Assembly (NCBI GenBank): GCA_029258915.1
Contig: JAPDJU010000005.1
Coordinates: 265,797 to 329,796 of the forward strand
Source: Thermoproteota archaeon
GTDB lineage: Archaea > Thermoproteota > Thermoprotei_A > EX4484-217-1
DNA: 64,000 nt
Direction of reading: 5' to 3'
The notes under the pieces are model-generated. The model was not told where the DNA came from. It saw only the letters and a list, made by a program, of their open reading frames with translations, and did not search any database. The position numbers and the translations under genes are program-made. This document shows positions 31,501 to 40,931 of this stretch, in pieces (positions within the stretch are counted from its first letter, which is position 1; each line of letters opens with the position of its first letter).

Positions 31501-32208
31501 CCTAGCTTCACTTTCCATTTTCTGAGCTTTCTCTATGAGAGCTATTTCTTCTGGAGTAACGTTTAACATTTTAAGTACTATGTCAACGCTCTTACTTTTT
31601 CTGAGAAAACTGTCAACATCGTCTATAAAGGCGATGTTTATTGGTTGCTGTAGCTCCGTTCTCTTCATTAAGCTTATAGGTGTTGTAACAATTATCGAAG
31701 CATCAACAGTGTTTTCTAGTTCTAAACGTTTTTGCTTATTAGTAAGTAAGCTATGATACGCTGAAACAAGAACTCCGTCGAATCCAAGTTTGGATCTTAG
31801 CTCTAAAAGTTTTTGATGAACCTGATGCGCTAAAAGGCTTGTCGGAAGCATTATAAGCGTTCTTTTACCCTTACTGGCAGCATATAAGCTTAAAATCATT
31901 TGCATTGTTGTTTTACCGCTACCTGTAGGTGCCACCATGGCAAAGCTTTCTTTATTAAGAAATCTTCTAGCCCATAGTCTCTGCAATCCCCACATTTTAG
32001 AACCTACAGCTCTAACAAACAATTCATCTATTTTCTTAACTTCTCTCTCTATTTCCCATATCCTATTTAGTTCACCATACATTTTGAGAACTTTGTCTTC
32101 TACATGAGGTAAACATTTTTCACATGGTAAGCCTAATTCAAGCCTCTCAGAAGAAATAGGCCCACCACAATTAGGGCAAAGCTCCTTAAAGATTGCCGTT
32201 AATACCAG
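28570..32208 (-). CDS. rgy: Reverse gyrase
   Basis: N-terminal Zn finger CPNCGG...CEKC (upstream of the ORF-track start), APTGSGKT, DDVD, QASGRTSR, VESPNKA, DPDSEGE, SAGRVQ, GLITYHRTD, GRPSTY; predicted CTG start at 32208. Confidence 0.95.
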   Translation of the reverse strand: MVLTAIFKELCPNCGGPISSERLELGLPCEKCLPHVEDKVLKMYGELNRIWEIEREVKKIDELFVRAVGSKMWGLQRLWARRFLNKESFAMVAPTGSGKTTMQMILSLYAASKGKRTLIMLPTSLLAHQVHQKLLELRSKLGFDGVLVSAYHSLLTNKQKRLELENTVDASIIVTTPISLMKRTELQQPINIAFIDDVDSFLRKSKSVDIVLKMLNVTPEEIALIEKAQKMESEARKLAREDPERARQLISEAAKLKTSVRLKVKGQVIVSGATQTARRTKRVKILNALFGFTVGGKIEVGRNIVDMYIKPPKELFEKTIVNVVKKLGTGGLVFVPMDKGAEYVKKITDTLKKNGINAEAYLGTRRRLFEKFIAGDVDVLVGIASYRSPLTRGIDLPERVRYAVFTGVPKFRLRISFEEFHPSRWLILLNEIRDAIYEKYPYEFDRVLGGLIKVRLATRDTLEAVREALKTGRSLTGFPEFVRKVAEDALNFLNEVLKDEEVKERLRRSRTITFGEKAGEYFFIIPDATAYIQASGRTSRLYVGGITKGVSVLVIDEIKAFNALIRNLKWLLETVEFKHYDEVNIDKLMKEVDEDRRKVRLALEGKLKTKERELMKTTLFIVESPNKARTIARLFGRPTRKTIGTLQTFEVMTEDRLMIITATGGHILDLVSDKGLFGVNVTNGVFQPIYKPIKRCIRCGRDVPEEETACPYCGGKVLVESKPVIKALRQLASQVDEILVGTDPDSEGEKIAWDVILLLKPLNRNIWRIRFHEVTRRGLIEALKSLSSIDHNMVKAQIVRRIEDRWIGFSLSPILWKEFNMHWLSAGRVQTPVLGWIVDRTLKNRKKAELITIKLKDINLKLTFKAPKGLAEKIREHGKIIVENVREEIVEVNPPPPHTTDTMLAEGSRILGLSAPKIMNSAQRLFEAGLITYHRTDSTTVSTLGIGLAKDYIIRVYGEKYFKARKWEKPGAHECIRPTRPLDSRQIRSLRAAGILRLAVPLRPEDYRLYDIVFRRFIISQMMPAKVIKKTFTLRFEDFTKEFTFTTEIVEQGFFKLTKPLVLEEARKIGSGEYEIEEIHVRTIPEYPLYTYGEVVEEMKARKIGRPSTYAKILNILRKRGYIVEVSRGKLVATKRGKRVFKYLIENFSELISEERTRKLQEVIDQVELGKEDITKVLNEFYRETCSIIVRAKKSGVTYPTGTFILKNLCEK

Positions 32209-32214
32209 TACACT

Positions 32215-32457
32215 TCACCTCCACCTATTCATTTTATTTAAATTAGCATTAGGTCGCATCATAGGTGGAGGTTTCGCGCTCCATATAAAACTTATGACAC
32301 TTGCATCAGTTTTAAGTTTAATAGGGAACACTTTCTTTGCAATACGGTTTAATGCAAGCTCTGATATAAACGTACATATAGGGAAAACTTCTTTTAGAAT
32401 AATCAGTTTTCTCTTAAATAACTTATGTTTCACCTTAACTGTTTTACTAAGTTTCAT
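32215..32457 (-). CDS. Hypothetical small basic protein
   Basis: 80-aa ORF whose stop overlaps the rgy Shine-Dalgarno; no motif. Confidence 0.3.
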   Translation of the reverse strand: MKLSKTVKVKHKLFKRKLIILKEVFPICTFISELALNRIAKKVFPIKLKTDASVISFIWSAKPPPMMRPNANLNKMNRWR

Positions 32458-32585
32458 GTCTTACCACTAACCTATAATCTATCAATGAATTCATCTCGTA
32501 GCTTAACTTTAGCTGATCCTGGTATTTTTCGAAATTAATTTCTTTACCCCAATTACCTTAGCTTTAAGGAGCATATTTAAATGGT

Positions 32586-33626
32586 TTACGGTAGAGCAAT
32601 TGCAGGTATTGAAAGTTTTTTCTTAATCTCTCTAGCTAATATATATGCTGATCCTTCTCTCGAAGCATCAGTAATTACAATCTTAGGCTTAGACTTTTCT
32701 ACATATTCTAGCAGCTGTTCGAAATCTGCATGGTCACTTAATGCAACTAAATATGTTTTTTCATTAATTTGTCTTAACGGCTCGGAAAACTCCCAGCCAG
32801 ATAATACAATGTTTGTCACAGACTGTTTACTATAAATTCTAGCAGTATTTAAATGTGCAAAAAATACATACCATCCTGTCTTGACGATTTCCTCAGCTTC
32901 AAAAGACTTATAATAAAATACCTCTTTAACTCGTAATCCATGCTTCATAGCTGCTTTCGTTACTTTATACACTCTTCTAGGTACTACAAACGGTGCATCT
33001 ATGCCTCGGGATCTTAGAATTTCCATGGCTTCTTGTATCTTTCCATGATAGCCGAAGATATGAACAGGTCCTTTAGCTAAACGGGTCTTAACAAGGTCTA
33101 CAAATAAATCTTCTACCTCATATTTAAAAGGTCTTACATGGTTAGGATTGCCGTAAGTAGCTTCTATAACTAAAAGATCAGCTCCAAGAATAGGCGTTGA
33201 AGGTAATTTAAAATCCCCAGTGTAAACTAATCTATCATCTTCTTCATCAATAACTAAAACTTGAGCAGCCCCAATAATGTGCTTGGCTTTATGCAATGAA
33301 ATTTTAGCATCTTTTATTTTTATTTCTTTATCATAGTTTAGGATTAAAGTTTTATTTTCCGGTATTTCATAACCTAAAGCCGTTAATATATCATATGTTG
33401 CTTCAGTCATGCCTATAAAGGGTGTTTTCTTAATGCTTTCCCTAAGGCCGTATATGTGGTCATGATGCGCGTGTGTTACTATGCGTAAAATAGCATTATC
33501 GTCATGTCCATCACATGCTATAAAGTTTTTAAAAACTACAGCCGAATTTTCCGTTATCTTAGCTTTCCTAAGCAGCCTATTGATGGTAGCGTCAAGCGTT
33601 AAGGACAAGTAACTGCTTGCCTCCAA
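32586..33626 (-). CDS. Metallo-beta-lactamase fold nuclease (beta-CASP-like)
   Basis: THAHHDH, HIIGA, YTGDF, EATYG, LSDHADF; start uncertain. Confidence 0.85.
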   Translation of the reverse strand: MEASSYLSLTLDATINRLLRKAKITENSAVVFKNFIACDGHDDNAILRIVTHAHHDHIYGLRESIKKTPFIGMTEATYDILTALGYEIPENKTLILNYDKEIKIKDAKISLHKAKHIIGAAQVLVIDEEDDRLVYTGDFKLPSTPILGADLLVIEATYGNPNHVRPFKYEVEDLFVDLVKTRLAKGPVHIFGYHGKIQEAMEILRSRGIDAPFVVPRRVYKVTKAAMKHGLRVKEVFYYKSFEAEEIVKTGWYVFFAHLNTARIYSKQSVTNIVLSGWEFSEPLRQINEKTYLVALSDHADFEQLLEYVEKSKPKIVITDASREGSAYILAREIKKKLSIPAIALP

Positions 33627-33776
33627 ACAAGTTACTGGGCCGTATGAAATGTTTATGTTTAACGCAGATTTATCTATTTCCTAGATCGTTTACTTGTAGA
33701 GTTCATTATAGTGTTTTAGCATCAAGTTTTTATCTTTCTATTAGAATGATAGGTTTTTGAGTTAAAACCTAATGCT

Positions 33777-35213
33777 GTGATAGCAATGGCCTTAAGAGTT
33801 ACAAACACTTTAACAGGGCAGAAGGAAGTATTTGAACCCTTAATTCCCGATCTCGTTAGAATGTATGTTTGCGGACCAACACCATACGACCATACCCATA
33901 TAGGTCATGCGAGAGCATACACTATCTTCGATCTTATAAGAAGATATCTTGAACTTAAAGGTTATAGGGTATTTCATGTAATGAACATCACAGACATAGA
34001 TGATAAGATAATAAGAAGAGCGAAAGAACTGAATGCGCCATGGGAAGAAGTGCCTAAGAAATATACTGAGGAATTTTTAGACATAATAACTAAGCTTAAC
34101 ATAAAAATACCTCATGTAATGCCTAAAGTAACGGAGCATATGGAGGAAATTATAGAATTCATTAAGGGACTTATCGAAAAAGGTTATGCCTACGAAAGCC
34201 ATGGAAGCATATATTTTAATGTAGATGCGTTTGAAGATTACGGTAAACTCTCTAAGAGAAAGCATAGAGAAGAATGGAGACAAGAAGAGGAAGTTCTTAA
34301 AGAGAAAAGGAAACCATATGACTTCGCATTATGGAAAAAAGCTAAGCCTGGAGAGCCGTGGTGGAATAGCCCTTGGGGTTCAGGTAGGCCTGGATGGCAT
34401 ATAGAATGTTCTGTTATGAGTAGCAAGTATCTTGGGGAACAATTTGATATACATGGGGGAGGACAGGATCTAATATTTCCACATCATGAAAACGAAATTG
34501 CCCAAAGCGAAGCATATTTTGGAGTTAAACCATGGGTTAAATATTGGATTCATGTAGGCTATCTTACGATTAAAGGAGAAAAAATGAGTAAGAGCTTAGG
34601 AAATATTATACCAGTTTATGAGGTCTTTAAGAAATATAAACCTGAAGTGTTAAGGCTTTACCTCTTAAGTTCCTATTATAGAAGCCCAATGGACTTTACA
34701 TGGGAGGGCCTGGAGCAAGCGAAAATACTGTATGAAAGACTTGTTATTCTCACGGAGAATGTGAAAAAGATTTTAAGAGAAGAAAATGTACCTCACAGAG
34801 TGAGATATGACGTTAGAGCTATAGCTAAAGAACTTTCTTCTATAAGAAAGGGATTCTATGAAAGCCTTGACGATGACTTTAACATGGCTAAAACAATGCC
34901 ATATGTGCATAGATTCGTAAGTTTTGCCAATAAAGTTCTCGAATATAAACCAATATTTCCTATAGCACTACTAATAATGGAATTCATTAAGGAAATGAAC
35001 ATAGTACTTGGAGTACTAGACAAACATCTCGTTCCAACAACAGATGTTGAAAAGAAACTAAACCAGGTAATAGATGCTATAGTTAAGATTAGACATAAGT
35101 TTAGAATGGAAAAGGATTACAAGACATCTGACTGGATTAGGTCTGAGCTTGCAAAGGTTGGTGTAAAGCTTTTCGACACTAAAGATAAGACAACATGGGT
35201 TATTGAATATTAA
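33777..35213 (+). CDS. cysS: Cysteine--tRNA ligase
   Basis: YVCGPT, HIGH, GRPGWHIEC, FPHHENE, KMSKS. Confidence 0.97.
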   Translation: MIAMALRVTNTLTGQKEVFEPLIPDLVRMYVCGPTPYDHTHIGHARAYTIFDLIRRYLELKGYRVFHVMNITDIDDKIIRRAKELNAPWEEVPKKYTEEFLDIITKLNIKIPHVMPKVTEHMEEIIEFIKGLIEKGYAYESHGSIYFNVDAFEDYGKLSKRKHREEWRQEEEVLKEKRKPYDFALWKKAKPGEPWWNSPWGSGRPGWHIECSVMSSKYLGEQFDIHGGGQDLIFPHHENEIAQSEAYFGVKPWVKYWIHVGYLTIKGEKMSKSLGNIIPVYEVFKKYKPEVLRLYLLSSYYRSPMDFTWEGLEQAKILYERLVILTENVKKILREENVPHRVRYDVRAIAKELSSIRKGFYESLDDDFNMAKTMPYVHRFVSFANKVLEYKPIFPIALLIMEFIKEMNIVLGVLDKHLVPTTDVEKKLNQVIDAIVKIRHKFRMEKDYKTSDWIRSELAKVGVKLFDTKDKTTWVIEY

Positions 35214-35247
35214 GATTAACAAACCATAATTTTAATGGAGACTAATA

Positions 35248-36189
35248 ATGATTACGCTGTTAAGTGGAGGTACAGGCACACCTAAGCTTATTGAAGGCTT
35301 AAGACATGTAGTTAAGGATGAAGAATTAACGGTAATTGTAAATACTGCAGATGATGTATGGTGGAACGGACTATACATTTCACCAGACGTAGATACTGTA
35401 TTGTACCTGTTTGCAAACATCCTTGACACAGATAAGTACTGGGGAATACGTGGCGATACCTTTCATGCGTTAAATCAATTGTCAAAGTATGGTGCAGAAT
35501 GGACATGGTTTAGCGTAGGAGATAGAGACCTAGCAACACATATAATTAGAACATATCTTTTAAAGAAGGGATATAAACTACATGAGGTTGTAAAATATCT
35601 CTCAGAGAAAATGCATGTTAAAGCCACAATACTTCCTATGAGTAATGATAGAGTAGAAACCATGGTTAAAACAAATAAGGGCTCTATGAATATTCAAGAA
35701 TACTTGGTAAGGTTTAAAGCAGAACCAGAAGTTTATGAAATAAAGTTTCCGGGGTTGGAAAAAGCAAAACCCGCACCTGGGGTCATTGAAGCTATAGAAA
35801 GAGCAGACATGCTAATTATAGGTCCAAGTAACCCTGTAAACAGCATAGGCCCTATAATTAGCTTAAAAAGGGTCAAGGAGAAACTGACAAGGTTAAAAGC
35901 ACCTATAATAGCTGTTTCACCTATAATCTCAGGGAAGCCTGTTTCTGGTCCAGCAGACAAGTTTATGAGAGCTTTAGGCTACGAACCATCACCTATAGGT
36001 ATCGTGGAAATATATAAGGAGTTCTTAGATGGTATAGTTATAGATGTCGTTGATAGAAGCTTGGCCAAGGTAATAATGGACAAGTATAGGGTTAAAGTTA
36101 AAGTAGCAAACACCATAATGGTAACTCTCAAAGATAAAGTTAAATTAGCAGAAGAAGTTTTAGATTTTGCAAAAAGAATGAAGCAATAG
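35248..36189 (+). CDS. cofD: 2-phospho-L-lactate transferase (F420 biosynthesis)
   Basis: LSGGTGTPK, NTADD, ISPDVDTV, WGIRGDTF, GDRDLATH, GPSNP, SGPA. Confidence 0.93.
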   Translation: MITLLSGGTGTPKLIEGLRHVVKDEELTVIVNTADDVWWNGLYISPDVDTVLYLFANILDTDKYWGIRGDTFHALNQLSKYGAEWTWFSVGDRDLATHIIRTYLLKKGYKLHEVVKYLSEKMHVKATILPMSNDRVETMVKTNKGSMNIQEYLVRFKAEPEVYEIKFPGLEKAKPAPGVIEAIERADMLIIGPSNPVNSIGPIISLKRVKEKLTRLKAPIIAVSPIISGKPVSGPADKFMRALGYEPSPIGIVEIYKEFLDGIVIDVVDRSLAKVIMDKYRVKVKVANTIMVTLKDKVKLAEEVLDFAKRMKQ

Positions 36190-36192
36190 CCG

Positions 36193-36858
36193 TTGAGCTG
36201 TAAAAACATGGAAATTACAGCAATAGTTCCCATTAAAGAATTCAGTAAAGCCAAAAGCAGGCTAGCAAAAATATTACCTCTAAATGTTAGAATAGAATTA
36301 AGTAAAGCTATGCTTAAAGACGTCATTTTAGCCTTAGCTTCCAACTGCGAAATAAAGAACATTGTTATAATAACACCTAATAAGGATGTAGACGATGTAG
36401 TTACCATTTCTAAAAAGGTTAGAATACTTCATGATGAAGGCATAGGGCAAGTGTTTGCTTTAAAAAAAGCATTAAATTACACCTTAGAAATGTATAACCC
36501 GGATGCTATTCTCATTGCTGTAGCTGACTTACCTTCCATAAGACCTCAGGATGTAAGTAAAATGATACATTTAATACAAACATATCATTCAATAGTTTTA
36601 GCACCATCTACTGATGGCGGAACAAACGTTATGATACAATATCCTCCAGCAATAATAGATTTAAAATACGGGCCTATGAGCTTCAAAAAACACGTAGAAG
36701 AAGCCTATAGAAAGAAGGTATTCTTACAAATATATTTCTCTGAAACAACATCCATAGATCTAGATACGCTCGATGATTTAAAGCAAGTAATGAAAATACA
36801 CGTATCGTACAATACAAGAGAGATCCTAAGAAAAATCAAAGAGGTTTACACTATATGA
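36193..36858 (+). CDS. cofC: 2-phospho-L-lactate/PEP guanylyltransferase
   Basis: IVPIK...AKSRL, AMLKDV, ADLP, DGGTN, YGPMSF..H, DLDT.DDL. Confidence 0.92.
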   Translation: MSCKNMEITAIVPIKEFSKAKSRLAKILPLNVRIELSKAMLKDVILALASNCEIKNIVIITPNKDVDDVVTISKKVRILHDEGIGQVFALKKALNYTLEMYNPDAILIAVADLPSIRPQDVSKMIHLIQTYHSIVLAPSTDGGTNVMIQYPPAIIDLKYGPMSFKKHVEEAYRKKVFLQIYFSETTSIDLDTLDDLKQVMKIHVSYNTREILRKIKEVYTI

Positions 36859-37904
36859 ATGCTAATTCAGAGTTTATTGAAGGCGATTTCGTAGAAGATA
36901 TTAACAACATAATATTTGATGTCAAGGGCTTGGAGCATCCACCAACTAGAGTTATTGCTTTTCCACGATATATACCGGATGAGAAAGGCGATAGAATTAG
37001 AAAGGTAGACAATAGAAAGTATGCTAAAATTTATGATTTAAACTTAAGATATACATACATGAAGAAATTTCTCAGAAAATACCTAGTTTATAACGAAGTT
37101 TTTGACATGGAGTTATGTGAAATACCTAAAACCGATATAATCAGACATTATAAACCAGCTAATAAATTAAAAGAACTAATAAGTAATATAGAATTTCTTG
37201 ATGAAACACAGCAAAGTGCATTAAAATTAGCTTTAATACTATCATACAAATCCGGTGTACCGTTAAAAAATTTAGGAATAAGCGGATCTATAATGGTAGA
37301 TTTACATAAAGATAATAGTGATATAGATATTGTAGTTTATGGAACAAAAGAATCTTTTAAAGTTATTGAGGCTCTTAGAGAGTTTTTCAATGAAGGAATA
37401 TTGAGAAAATATAGTATGGATGAATATGAAAGGCTATACGTTTTTAGAAAAGCCTATGAGGTCTTAGATTTTAAAGCTTTCATTAAGCATGAGAAAAGGA
37501 AACTTTTTCAAGGAATGTTTAAAGATAGAGAATTCTTCATAAGGTTTATTGAGAATTTATCTGAGAAGAAACCATACGGCTATTATAGATACAAGAATTT
37601 AGGTAAAATCACAGTCAAAGCAAGAGTCATTGATGACGCGCATTCTATATTTACACCTGTAAGATACGTAATAGACAATGTTAAAATAATTGAAGCAGAA
37701 ACGAAGCATTCAATAAAACCTGAAAATATCACTGAAATTGTTTCCTTTAGAGGTAGATTTTGTCAGCAAGTGTTTAAAGGTGAGAACATTATTGCTAAGG
37801 GTAAAATTGAAGCCGTCTTAGAAAATAATTACTTAACCCATTATAGAATAATCGTAGGGGGTTCACCTAAAGATTACTTAGTTAATGAGGAGTTTGTAAA
37901 GTGA
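36855..37904 (+). CDS. Pol-beta superfamily nucleotidyltransferase (AF1967/COG1665-like), paralog 1
   Basis: GISGSI...SDIDIVVYG; N-terminal GLEHPP.RV.AF.RY.P; C-terminal OB-like domain. Confidence 0.8.
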   Translation: MNANSEFIEGDFVEDINNIIFDVKGLEHPPTRVIAFPRYIPDEKGDRIRKVDNRKYAKIYDLNLRYTYMKKFLRKYLVYNEVFDMELCEIPKTDIIRHYKPANKLKELISNIEFLDETQQSALKLALILSYKSGVPLKNLGISGSIMVDLHKDNSDIDIVVYGTKESFKVIEALREFFNEGILRKYSMDEYERLYVFRKAYEVLDFKAFIKHEKRKLFQGMFKDREFFIRFIENLSEKKPYGYYRYKNLGKITVKARVIDDAHSIFTPVRYVIDNVKIIEAETKHSIKPENITEIVSFRGRFCQQVFKGENIIAKGKIEAVLENNYLTHYRIIVGGSPKDYLVNEEFVK

Positions 37905-38974
37905 GAAAATTTAAGCTATTCAAGGATAGAGACTTTATTGAGGACAAAGACGGATACATGTTCTGTGTAGTAGGATACGTTCACCCACCAGATCGTGTTC
38001 TAGCATATCTAAAATATGTACCATCAAGAAAGAAGACAATATGGTATCGTGAAAGCGTAGGATTTAGAAGGATCTTAAAGTATTATAGTAGTGTAGCAGT
38101 TTTAGATTCTATGCGGCTTCTCAGCAAAACCAAACCTAATTACATATACTATGACAACTGCTTCAATATAAAGTTCATAGGTGTACCAAAGAGTGAAATT
38201 AGAAAACACTATATTCCTGAAGGGAAATTGAAAGAAATAATTGATAAACCAAGCAGAGACCCTCTCGAACAAGACCTTGTAGAATTAGTTAATTATTTAT
38301 CAGAAATATCTGACATAAACTTAAAATACTTTGGAATTTCAGGCTCCATCCTTCTGAATATTCATAACCCTAAATACTCAGACATAGACTTAATGGTTTA
38401 CGGTAGGGATAACTCATTTAAGCTGCTAGGCATAATAGATCAGGCTGTAAACGAGGGTATGATTTCTTTACCAGGTAAGCGTATGTTAGAGACATGGTCT
38501 TATGAAGTTTCGAAACATCATCCACTTACACCTAAAGAAGCTATGAGGCTATATGTTGAAAGAAAAACAAGGTTAATATTTAAAGGTAAAAGAGTTTTTT
38601 CATTACATCCAGCAAGACTTGACAATGAAATATTAGAAAATTATGGAGACAAAATATACGTACCCGTATGTTTAGCAAAAATTAAAGGTACTGTTAAAGA
38701 TGCTTCAGATTCTCTATTTTTACCAGCAACATACATCGTAGATGACGTTGAAATTATTGAAGGGAGTTTTGAAGGAGAAATATATGAAGTAACAACATTT
38801 GAAGGATTATACTCTGCTTTACTTAAAGAATGTGAGGAATTTATTGCATATGGAAAAGTAGAAAAGGCGATTGAGACGAGAACAGGTAAAACATATTATA
38901 GGCTTGTAGTAGGCTCTGCGGAAGCTAAAGGAAAAGACTATATAAAACCTATAAGATGGCTTAAAGGAGGTTGA
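37901..38974 (+). CDS. Pol-beta superfamily nucleotidyltransferase (AF1967/COG1665-like), paralog 2
   Basis: GISGSI...SDIDLMVYG; GYVHPPDRVLAYLKYVP; colinear with paralog 1. Confidence 0.8.
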   Translation: MRKFKLFKDRDFIEDKDGYMFCVVGYVHPPDRVLAYLKYVPSRKKTIWYRESVGFRRILKYYSSVAVLDSMRLLSKTKPNYIYYDNCFNIKFIGVPKSEIRKHYIPEGKLKEIIDKPSRDPLEQDLVELVNYLSEISDINLKYFGISGSILLNIHNPKYSDIDLMVYGRDNSFKLLGIIDQAVNEGMISLPGKRMLETWSYEVSKHHPLTPKEAMRLYVERKTRLIFKGKRVFSLHPARLDNEILENYGDKIYVPVCLAKIKGTVKDASDSLFLPATYIVDDVEIIEGSFEGEIYEVTTFEGLYSALLKECEEFIAYGKVEKAIETRTGKTYYRLVVGSAEAKGKDYIKPIRWLKGG

Positions 38975-39747
38975 TTTGTTTGGCTAAGAAAATAGAGTTC
39001 ATAGGCTTAGAAACAATACCTGAAATTAAAAAAGGCGATGACATAGGTAAGTTAATAGTTGAAGCATGCGAAAAAGAGAATGTAAACATAGAGAATGGAG
39101 ACATAATTATTATAACACATAAGATAGTATCTAAAGCTGAAGGTAGAATAGTTAATTTACATAAAATAGTTCCTTCGAAGAAAGCCATAGAGATAGCAGA
39201 ATATACAGGCAAAGATCCTAAACTTGTAGAATTAATCTTGAGAGAATCGGAAGAAATAGTTAAACTAACTAGTGAAGGACATATAATTGTAAGAACAAGG
39301 CACGGAATAATATGTGCTAACGCTGGAATCGATGCTTCAAACATTGCTGGAACAGAAGACATTGTAGCACTGATTCCCGAGGACCCTGATAGCTCAGCTA
39401 AAAAAATAAGGGAAAGAATAATGGAGCTTACAGGAAAAGATGTAGCTATAATAATTACGGACACTTATGGTAGACCGTTAAGAGAAGGTATGATAAACAT
39501 GGCTATAGGTCTTTCTGGAATAAAGCCGTTTAGAGACTATAGAGGAAAACCTGACCTTTATGGTTATCAATTTAGAGTAACAATAATTGCTGTGGCAGAC
39601 GAATTAGCTTCGGCTGCGGAGCTTCTTATGGGTCAGGGGAAAGAGAAAATACCTGTAGTAATTGTTAAAGGATATAGGTTTGAAAGAAGCGAATTATCAT
39701 CGGCTAGAGAACTTAATATGCCTGAGGAAAAGTGGTTGTTTAAATGA
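38971..39747 (+). CDS. cofE: Coenzyme F420-0:L-glutamate ligase
   Basis: KIVSKAEGR, ANAGIDASN, PEDPD, DTYGRPLR.G, DELASAAEL.MG. Confidence 0.93.
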   Translation: MICLAKKIEFIGLETIPEIKKGDDIGKLIVEACEKENVNIENGDIIIITHKIVSKAEGRIVNLHKIVPSKKAIEIAEYTGKDPKLVELILRESEEIVKLTSEGHIIVRTRHGIICANAGIDASNIAGTEDIVALIPEDPDSSAKKIRERIMELTGKDVAIIITDTYGRPLREGMINMAIGLSGIKPFRDYRGKPDLYGYQFRVTIIAVADELASAAELLMGQGKEKIPVVIVKGYRFERSELSSARELNMPEEKWLFK

Positions 39748-39846
39748 TTTACGAAGTATAATATCTATTAAGTTATTTTGAAACTACAAAGATATATACC
39801 ACACCCGAGTATATTAGACAAGGATATTTGTTCATTAGTGAGCTAG

Positions 39847-40902
39847 GTGAATCGGTTGACAGGACGTCGTAGAAGAGAATTCGGCGAAATCAGAAAAATA
39901 CAGGTAACCGGTGGTTCAACGTTCATTGTTTCTCTACCTAAGCATTGGGTAACGAACGCTGGACTTCATCCAGGAGATTCTATAGTAGTTTATGCGCAAA
40001 ACGATAACACTTTATTACTAATGCCATTGAAAGAAGCTTCTAAGAGGAAAGAGGTTACACTCAGCATTAAAAGCAAGGAATGGTCCATCAACAGGGCTGT
40101 AAGAATGCTTGTAGCATCATACATTGCCGGAGGCGACATAATCAAACTTGTTGTTAAAGAAGGAACAGCACCTATAGAAGACAAGAAGATTCTTAGAGAT
40201 TTCATAAGAAGATATCTTGTTGGAGCAGAAGTTGTTGAAGATATACCGGAAGGCCTTGTAATACAAGTTATAGCCAATGTTGAAGAACTTAAAATAATAA
40301 ATATCCTGCAAAGAATGCATAAACTAGTCTGGAGTATGATTAAAGACACTATAAGCGCTTTTCTTAACCTAGACAAAGACCTTGCAAGAGATGTAATAAT
40401 GAGAGACGATGAAATAGATAGATTCTACTTTCTCTTCATAAGACAGCTAAACCTGTCACTTCAAGATAGAAGAATAATGATTGATGTCGGTTTAGAAGAA
40501 CCTGCTGATGCAATAAACTTAGCCATGATAGCTAGAAATGTTGAAAGAGTTGCAGATCATACGGCGTATATATCGGATAAAATAATAAAACTAACTAAGA
40601 AACCTTATGACCCACTTAAATTAAAAATCGAAGAACTAACCAAGGCTGTAATAGAAGTTTTTAATGAAGCTATGAATGCTCTGTATAGTATGAATGATAA
40701 TATGGCTTTAAGGGCAATAGAACGAGCAATGAAATATATGAAATTAGAAGAGGAAATAGAAAAAATAGTTTCTTCAGTAAGCACTGTTGATGTTGATATG
40801 CCCTTCTTAAGACTAATAATTGAACGTTTGCAAGGAATGCTTGTAGACGCTGAGGATATAGCTGAACATACCATGGATATGATAGCTATTAGAAAAAGAT
40901 AG
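39847..40902 (+). CDS. phoU: PhoU-family regulator with N-terminal AbrB domain
   Basis: RKIQVTGGSTFIVSLPKHW (AbrB), DDEIDR, ERVADH, DIAE. Confidence 0.88.
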   Translation: MNRLTGRRRREFGEIRKIQVTGGSTFIVSLPKHWVTNAGLHPGDSIVVYAQNDNTLLLMPLKEASKRKEVTLSIKSKEWSINRAVRMLVASYIAGGDIIKLVVKEGTAPIEDKKILRDFIRRYLVGAEVVEDIPEGLVIQVIANVEELKIINILQRMHKLVWSMIKDTISAFLNLDKDLARDVIMRDDEIDRFYFLFIRQLNLSLQDRRIMIDVGLEEPADAINLAMIARNVERVADHTAYISDKIIKLTKKPYDPLKLKIEELTKAVIEVFNEAMNALYSMNDNMALRAIERAMKYMKLEEEIEKIVSSVSTVDVDMPFLRLIIERLQGMLVDAEDIAEHTMDMIAIRKR

Positions 40903-40931
40903 AAAATTTACTTTAGTTAATAATTGAGCAA

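Noticed and set aside
36855-38974. NTases as MNT-HEPN toxin-antitoxin or CBASS cyclases
   Set aside because: Too large for MNT, no HEPN partner or effector genes, embedded in a housekeeping operon
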